A DNA stretch of 63,051 nucleotides, counting the filler. It is 7 parts of 7 records of this genome, joined end to end, with 100 filler letters (N's around TTAATTAATTAA, not from the genome) between each part and the next. Parts side by side here need not be neighbours in the genome. Positions count along the whole stretch, not along the records: positions 55,127 to 63,051 come from SRR31156797_44218; 6 more parts are not named here. The stretch is one strand, 5' to 3'. The notes beneath the pieces were generated by a model, which worked only from the letters and a program-made list of their open reading frames with translations, had not been told where the DNA came from and made no database searches. Shown here in pieces: positions 59,306-63,051 of the stretch (positions within the stretch are counted from its first letter, which is position 1; every line of letters starts with the position of its first letter). The position numbers and the translations under genes were made by a program.

Positions 59306-60499
59306 ATGGACACCAGCAAAATGACATGTCTAGAGAAAATGGATTCAGCCAGAAGTTATGAACTGCTTGAAATCGCCCACAACCTGGGCAAGGTTGCCAA
59401 GGAGCTTAAAGAAACCCTTGAAAAAACCTTCCTGCGGGAGCAGATCATCGAGATTGTGGAGGGATCCTATGACATCGGCAGGGTGCTGGAGGCGTACGAA
59501 ATCTTCGGCGGGTACGTCAACCGGAGTTTCGGCATCGTCACTGAAAAGGACGGGAAAAAACAGAACTATTTCTTGAGAAAATACAAACGGGGTATCTCTG
59601 ACAATGACATACTGTTCGAGCATGCCATGATCAGCCACGCCATCGCCAACGGCCTGAGCATCTGCCCGGGCCTGATTCCCACACGGGAAAACGCAACCTT
59701 TGTAACACCGGCAAACAGCCGCAGCAAGTTTGCCATCTACACCTTTCTCGAGGGAGAAGACAAGTACACCTGGGACAACCCCATCATGGAAGACGAGGGC
59801 TATGAAAGCGCCGCCCGGGTACTTGCAACCTTTCACAATTCGTCAAGGAATTTCGATCCAAAGGGGTTGGTACGCGAAGAACCCAAGATCCTTGACATGC
59901 TTCCCATCCTGATAGACACCTTTACCAATTGCGCACAGCAGGACCGGGACTCAAAGTTCCACCAGTATTACACGGGCAAGATCGACATCATCATATCCAC
60001 CATCAAGGCCAACACCATCCCGGAACAGGATCTCTCAAAAATGCCCCTCAACCCGGTTCACTGTGATTTTCATCCGGGGAACCTCAAATTTGAAGACAAC
60101 AAGGCAATAGGTCTTTTCGACTTTGACTGGTCCAAGATAGACCTCCGCCTTTTCGATTTCTGCCTCGCCCTCGTATACTGCGCCAGTTGCTGGGATGAGG
60201 AGAACGACGGCACCATCCTGCTGGATAAATGCAAGCTGTTCATGGCGTCCTACCAGAAAACCCTGGCGGAACTGGGCGGCCTTGCCCCCATGAACGCAAC
60301 CGAGCTTGACAACTTTCCAACCATGATGGCCATGGCCAACTTTTATCTTTTAAACTGGGACATCACAGCCTATTACGAAGAGGAGGACTTAAACGACTAC
60401 GAATATTTAGCATACTTAAAGCACAATGTCAGACTGTTGGAGTGGATTGAAGCTAACAAGGGGGAACTGGCAAAGATCGCCGAGTCCCTGAAACCTTAA
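59306..60499 (+). CDS. APH/choline kinase/homoserine kinase II-like phosphotransferase
   Basis: GGYVN, HCDFHPGN, FDFD, RLFD. Confidence 0.85.
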   Translation: MDTSKMTCLEKMDSARSYELLEIAHNLGKVAKELKETLEKTFLREQIIEIVEGSYDIGRVLEAYEIFGGYVNRSFGIVTEKDGKKQNYFLRKYKRGISDNDILFEHAMISHAIANGLSICPGLIPTRENATFVTPANSRSKFAIYTFLEGEDKYTWDNPIMEDEGYESAARVLATFHNSSRNFDPKGLVREEPKILDMLPILIDTFTNCAQQDRDSKFHQYYTGKIDIIISTIKANTIPEQDLSKMPLNPVHCDFHPGNLKFEDNKAIGLFDFDWSKIDLRLFDFCLALVYCASCWDEENDGTILLDKCKLFMASYQKTLAELGGLAPMNATELDNFPTMMAMANFYLLNWDITAYYEEEDLNDYEYLAYLKHNVRLLEWIEANKGELAKIAESLKP

Positions 60500-60533
60500 G
60501 ACTCAAATAACCATTTTACAGAAGGAGCAGTTG

Positions 60534-61526
60534 ATGACACAAGCAAGAGCGGAACAGATGCAAATGGCACAGGAACTTTCCCATGCTAAAAAAGGGCTTT
60601 TCTTCGGGGTGCTCTCCGGAGCGACCTGGGGCCTTGACGGCGTTATACTGGGAATGGCCCTGGCCATGGCACCTTTCACCGACGGCACCAGCCTCTATGC
60701 GGGCGCAATGGCTGGCGCGTGTATGCATGACGGTTTCGCAGGATTCTGGATATTCCTGTACAACCTGTTCACCGGCCGTTGGAAAGAATATGGCAGAACC
60801 CTCAGAACCCGTCCGGGTATGATCGTCTGCCTGGGGGCCCTGTTCGGCGGCCCCATCGGTATGACCGGATACCTACTTGGCATCAATATGGCAGGAGCCT
60901 CGTACTCCCTGGCCATCACCGCCATGTATCCGGCCATCGGAGCCATTCTGGCTGTTTTCATTCTCAAGGAAAAAATCACCCCACGGGTCTGGATCGGTAT
61001 TGCCACTTGTATCATCGGCGCAATCATCGTTGGCTGGACGCCACCGGATGGCGGAAACTATCCCCACTTCTACCTTGGCCTGGCTTTCTCCCTGATGGCC
61101 ACATTCGGCTGGGGCATGGAAGGCGTACTTTCCACCTACGGCATGGACATGGCCGATCCCGACATCGCCATCGGCATCCGTGAAGCCACCTCCTTCGTTG
61201 TTTATCTTGTTGCCATCGTTCCCATTGTCGGCGGTCTCACCATGTTCTGGGGCGCCTTTGTTCAGAATGCCGTCTGGTTCATGGCCGCAGCCGGTCTTGC
61301 CGGCGGATTCTCCTATGTCATGTGGTACCGCGCCCTCAACACCACCGGTGTCGGCCGGGCCATGGCATTGAACATCACCTATGCCCTCTGGGCCATCGTT
61401 TTCGGTTACTTCCTCACGGATCTCGAGCTCACCGCCAACCTCATCGGCGGCGCCTGCGTGATCACCTTCGGAACCATCCTTGTTGTGGCCAATCCCAAGG
61501 AACTTCTTAACCTGAGAGCCAACTAA
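60534..61526 (+). CDS. DMT/EamA transporter (LicB-like)
   Basis: About 10 TMs; WGLD, HD, GGPIGMTGY, YPAIG, ALNITY. Confidence 0.85.
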   Translation: MTQARAEQMQMAQELSHAKKGLFFGVLSGATWGLDGVILGMALAMAPFTDGTSLYAGAMAGACMHDGFAGFWIFLYNLFTGRWKEYGRTLRTRPGMIVCLGALFGGPIGMTGYLLGINMAGASYSLAITAMYPAIGAILAVFILKEKITPRVWIGIATCIIGAIIVGWTPPDGGNYPHFYLGLAFSLMATFGWGMEGVLSTYGMDMADPDIAIGIREATSFVVYLVAIVPIVGGLTMFWGAFVQNAVWFMAAAGLAGGFSYVMWYRALNTTGVGRAMALNITYALWAIVFGYFLTDLELTANLIGGACVITFGTILVVANPKELLNLRAN

Positions 61527-61552
61527 CCAAAACGAATCAAAGGAGAACGATC

Positions 61553-61846
61553 ATGGCATATACACTTCCAATGAGATTTAGGATTCTTCACGAAATTTCC
61601 CTGCACACTGACCTTAATAAAAAGGAGCTCATGGACGCCCTCAGACCCGAGTACGGCTGTGAAGGACAGTTCAAGGACTCCCTGATAGAAAACCACCTGG
61701 CCTCCATGAGGGCCGTGGGCATGATCGAGGATACGAACATATCCGTCGATGTTGCCGATAACCTGATCCAGAGATTCAAGATAACCGAGTACGGCCTGAG
61801 CCGTCTGGCATACCTGCCAAAGGCATGGAGTGAAGCCCACTCCTGA
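61553..61846 (+). CDS. Small wHTH-like protein
   Basis: RBS AAGGAG; L.PEYG.E.Q...ITEYG. Confidence 0.7.
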   Translation: MAYTLPMRFRILHEISLHTDLNKKELMDALRPEYGCEGQFKDSLIENHLASMRAVGMIEDTNISVDVADNLIQRFKITEYGLSRLAYLPKAWSEAHS

Positions 61847-61858
61847 TATGACACCCCG

Positions 61859-61893
61859 CTTCGGGCCGGCCGGATGGACCGGCCGGCCCGAAG
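61859..61893. terminator. Intercistronic GC hairpin
   Basis: CTTCGGGCCGGCCGG-ATGGA-CCGGCCGGCCCGAAG. Confidence 0.6.
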
Positions 61894-61927
61894 GATTAAA
61901 AGTATCACGATAATAATAGGAAGAAAA

Positions 61928-63051
61928 ATGCTCATCGACATTGACAAATTGATCCAAGAAGCCCCTGCTGAAGACAGAGAGGCACTGGTAGAGGAGAGGG
62001 AGACCTATATAAGGGTCCAGGAGACCACCAAGGCAGTTCTGTCCGAAGTGGGTATCGAGACAAGGAACAAGGAAGTGATCGAGATTCTCGAAGGCACGGG
62101 CCTCGCCGGATATGATGAGTCCACCAACCGGATTCACCTCCTTCCCGATCTCATCGACATGGTGCTGGATTCGGCACCCAAGACATTTTCCGGGGACGAG
62201 GGCATGAACACCCTTGGCATCGGCGGCATCCCGCCCTTCCTCTACAGGGAGAGCGACGAGTATCCCATGCCCGCCACCTACGAAGATCTCGACCGCGTGA
62301 TAAAGATGGTCGGCGAGAACCTGGACGTGGTCCGGTTCCTGAGCCAGCCGGTCAAGGTTCACAAGGGTGATGCCCTCAAGTGCAACCAAATCATGGATCA
62401 ACTTGACAATTGCATCAAGGTCACCGCCAGCTGCTACATGAGCGACGCGGACGCCGTGGAGTTTTTCAAGGGCCGGGATGACTGGCACGACTCGGTATGC
62501 GGCCTCAAATCCCCCTTGAGCTGCATGGACGACATGATGGACGCCCTGATCAAGTGCGCCAGGGTGGGCAACAACCTGAGAATGACCACCATGGCCCTGG
62601 CCGGCCGCACCGCGCCCCAGACACCCGAAGGAATCATGGTCGTCAACCAGGCGGAAGTCATGTTCATGCTGGCCGTGGCCCAGACCGTCAATCCCGGCAT
62701 GCTCTGCATGTTCGGCGGCATGCCCTGCCCCACCAAGCCCGACGGGGAGCTTGCCTGCGCAAGCGACGGCATGAACATGCTCAACACGGCCATCGCCCGG
62801 GCCAACATGTGGGTCACCGGCCTTCCCACGGTTCAGTCCGGCGGCAGCAGCGAGCAGAAGGTTCCCAATGAAGCAGCAGTCAAGGAAGGCATCCGGGGCC
62901 GTACCCTCCAGTGCGATTTCGGCGTGCACAACTCCCGCCACTGCTTCGGCGTCCTGGACAACCTCAACTTCTTCAGCGAGGAAGCGTTCCTCAAAGATAC
63001 CGAGGCCCAGCGCCAATACGTCAAGGAGACCAAGGACAGGGAATACGTTCT
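61928..63051 (+). CDS. MttB-superfamily corrinoid methyltransferase, non-pyrrolysine type (3' truncated; absent from ORF track)
   Basis: Hand translation: LSEVG, APKTF, SPL, MALAGRTAP, AEV..AQTVNPG, GLPTVQSGG, HCFGVLD; no in-frame stop. Confidence 0.82.
   Translation, partial: MLIDIDKLIQEAPAEDREALVEERETYIRVQETTKAVLSEVGIETRNKEVIEILEGTGLAGYDESTNRIHLLPDLIDMVLDSAPKTFSGDEGMNTLGIGGIPPFLYRESDEYPMPATYEDLDRVIKMVGENLDVVRFLSQPVKVHKGDALKCNQIMDQLDNCIKVTASCYMSDADAVEFFKGRDDWHDSVCGLKSPLSCMDDMMDALIKCARVGNNLRMTTMALAGRTAPQTPEGIMVVNQAEVMFMLAVAQTVNPGMLCMFGGMPCPTKPDGELACASDGMNMLNTAIARANMWVTGLPTVQSGGSSEQKVPNEAAVKEGIRGRTLQCDFGVHNSRHCFGVLDNLNFFSEEAFLKDTEAQRQYVKETKDREYV

Noticed and set aside
61523-63016. 497-aa minus-strand ORF
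   Set aside because: Antisense shadow of the plus-strand MttB gene in high-GC DNA; many other track ORFs in contigs B, C and G are similar shadows.
61928-63051. Pyrrolysine recoding in MttB
   Set aside because: No in-frame TAG in the visible part, including the region where Pyl is expected.

Overview
The window is not one locus. It is seven unrelated contig fragments joined by artificial 100-nt spacers (N44-TTAATTAATTAA-N44), so gene neighbourhood across spacers means nothing. A (1-11039): housekeeping/envelope genes (rplU end, rpmA, HIT, AmmeMemoRadiSam B, FemAB-like GNAT, two flippases, GT4, Nif3, EEP nuclease, gap, GH57). B (11140-29242): deltaproteobacterium-like DNA with a radical SAM gene, tandem fdhD, an ebo-type cluster (eboC/B/F/D/E) extended by a CuA-like/4Fe-4S membrane protein, an FG-GAP protein and a TPR protein, then citryl-CoA lyase-like, lysophospholipase and glycerol dehydrogenase genes. 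C (29343-37257): partial tRNA, MalT/BTAD regulator, Lnt-like nitrilase, hydrolase, malic enzyme. D (37358-42565): spirochaete-like sugar ABC transporter, rhamnulokinase and a truncated class II aldolase. E (42666-49407): exopolysaccharide genes. F (49508-55026): an AT-rich run of short, co-oriented, unrelated ORFs in which nearly every gene boundary carries the same ~16-bp direct repeat (G[A/C]A[C/A/G]CARAATARRGGA). The repeat supplies the upstream stop codon, is sometimes followed by a shared GC hairpin, lies next to a tyrosine-recombinase remnant and has no attC sites. This candidate non-integron gene-cassette array is the most interesting item. G (55127-63051): GntR, GcvT/DMGDH-like oxidoreductase, kinase, DMT transporter and a non-pyrrolysine MttB methyltransferase (probable methylated-amine catabolism). 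All product calls come from recognising motifs by eye; no searches were run.
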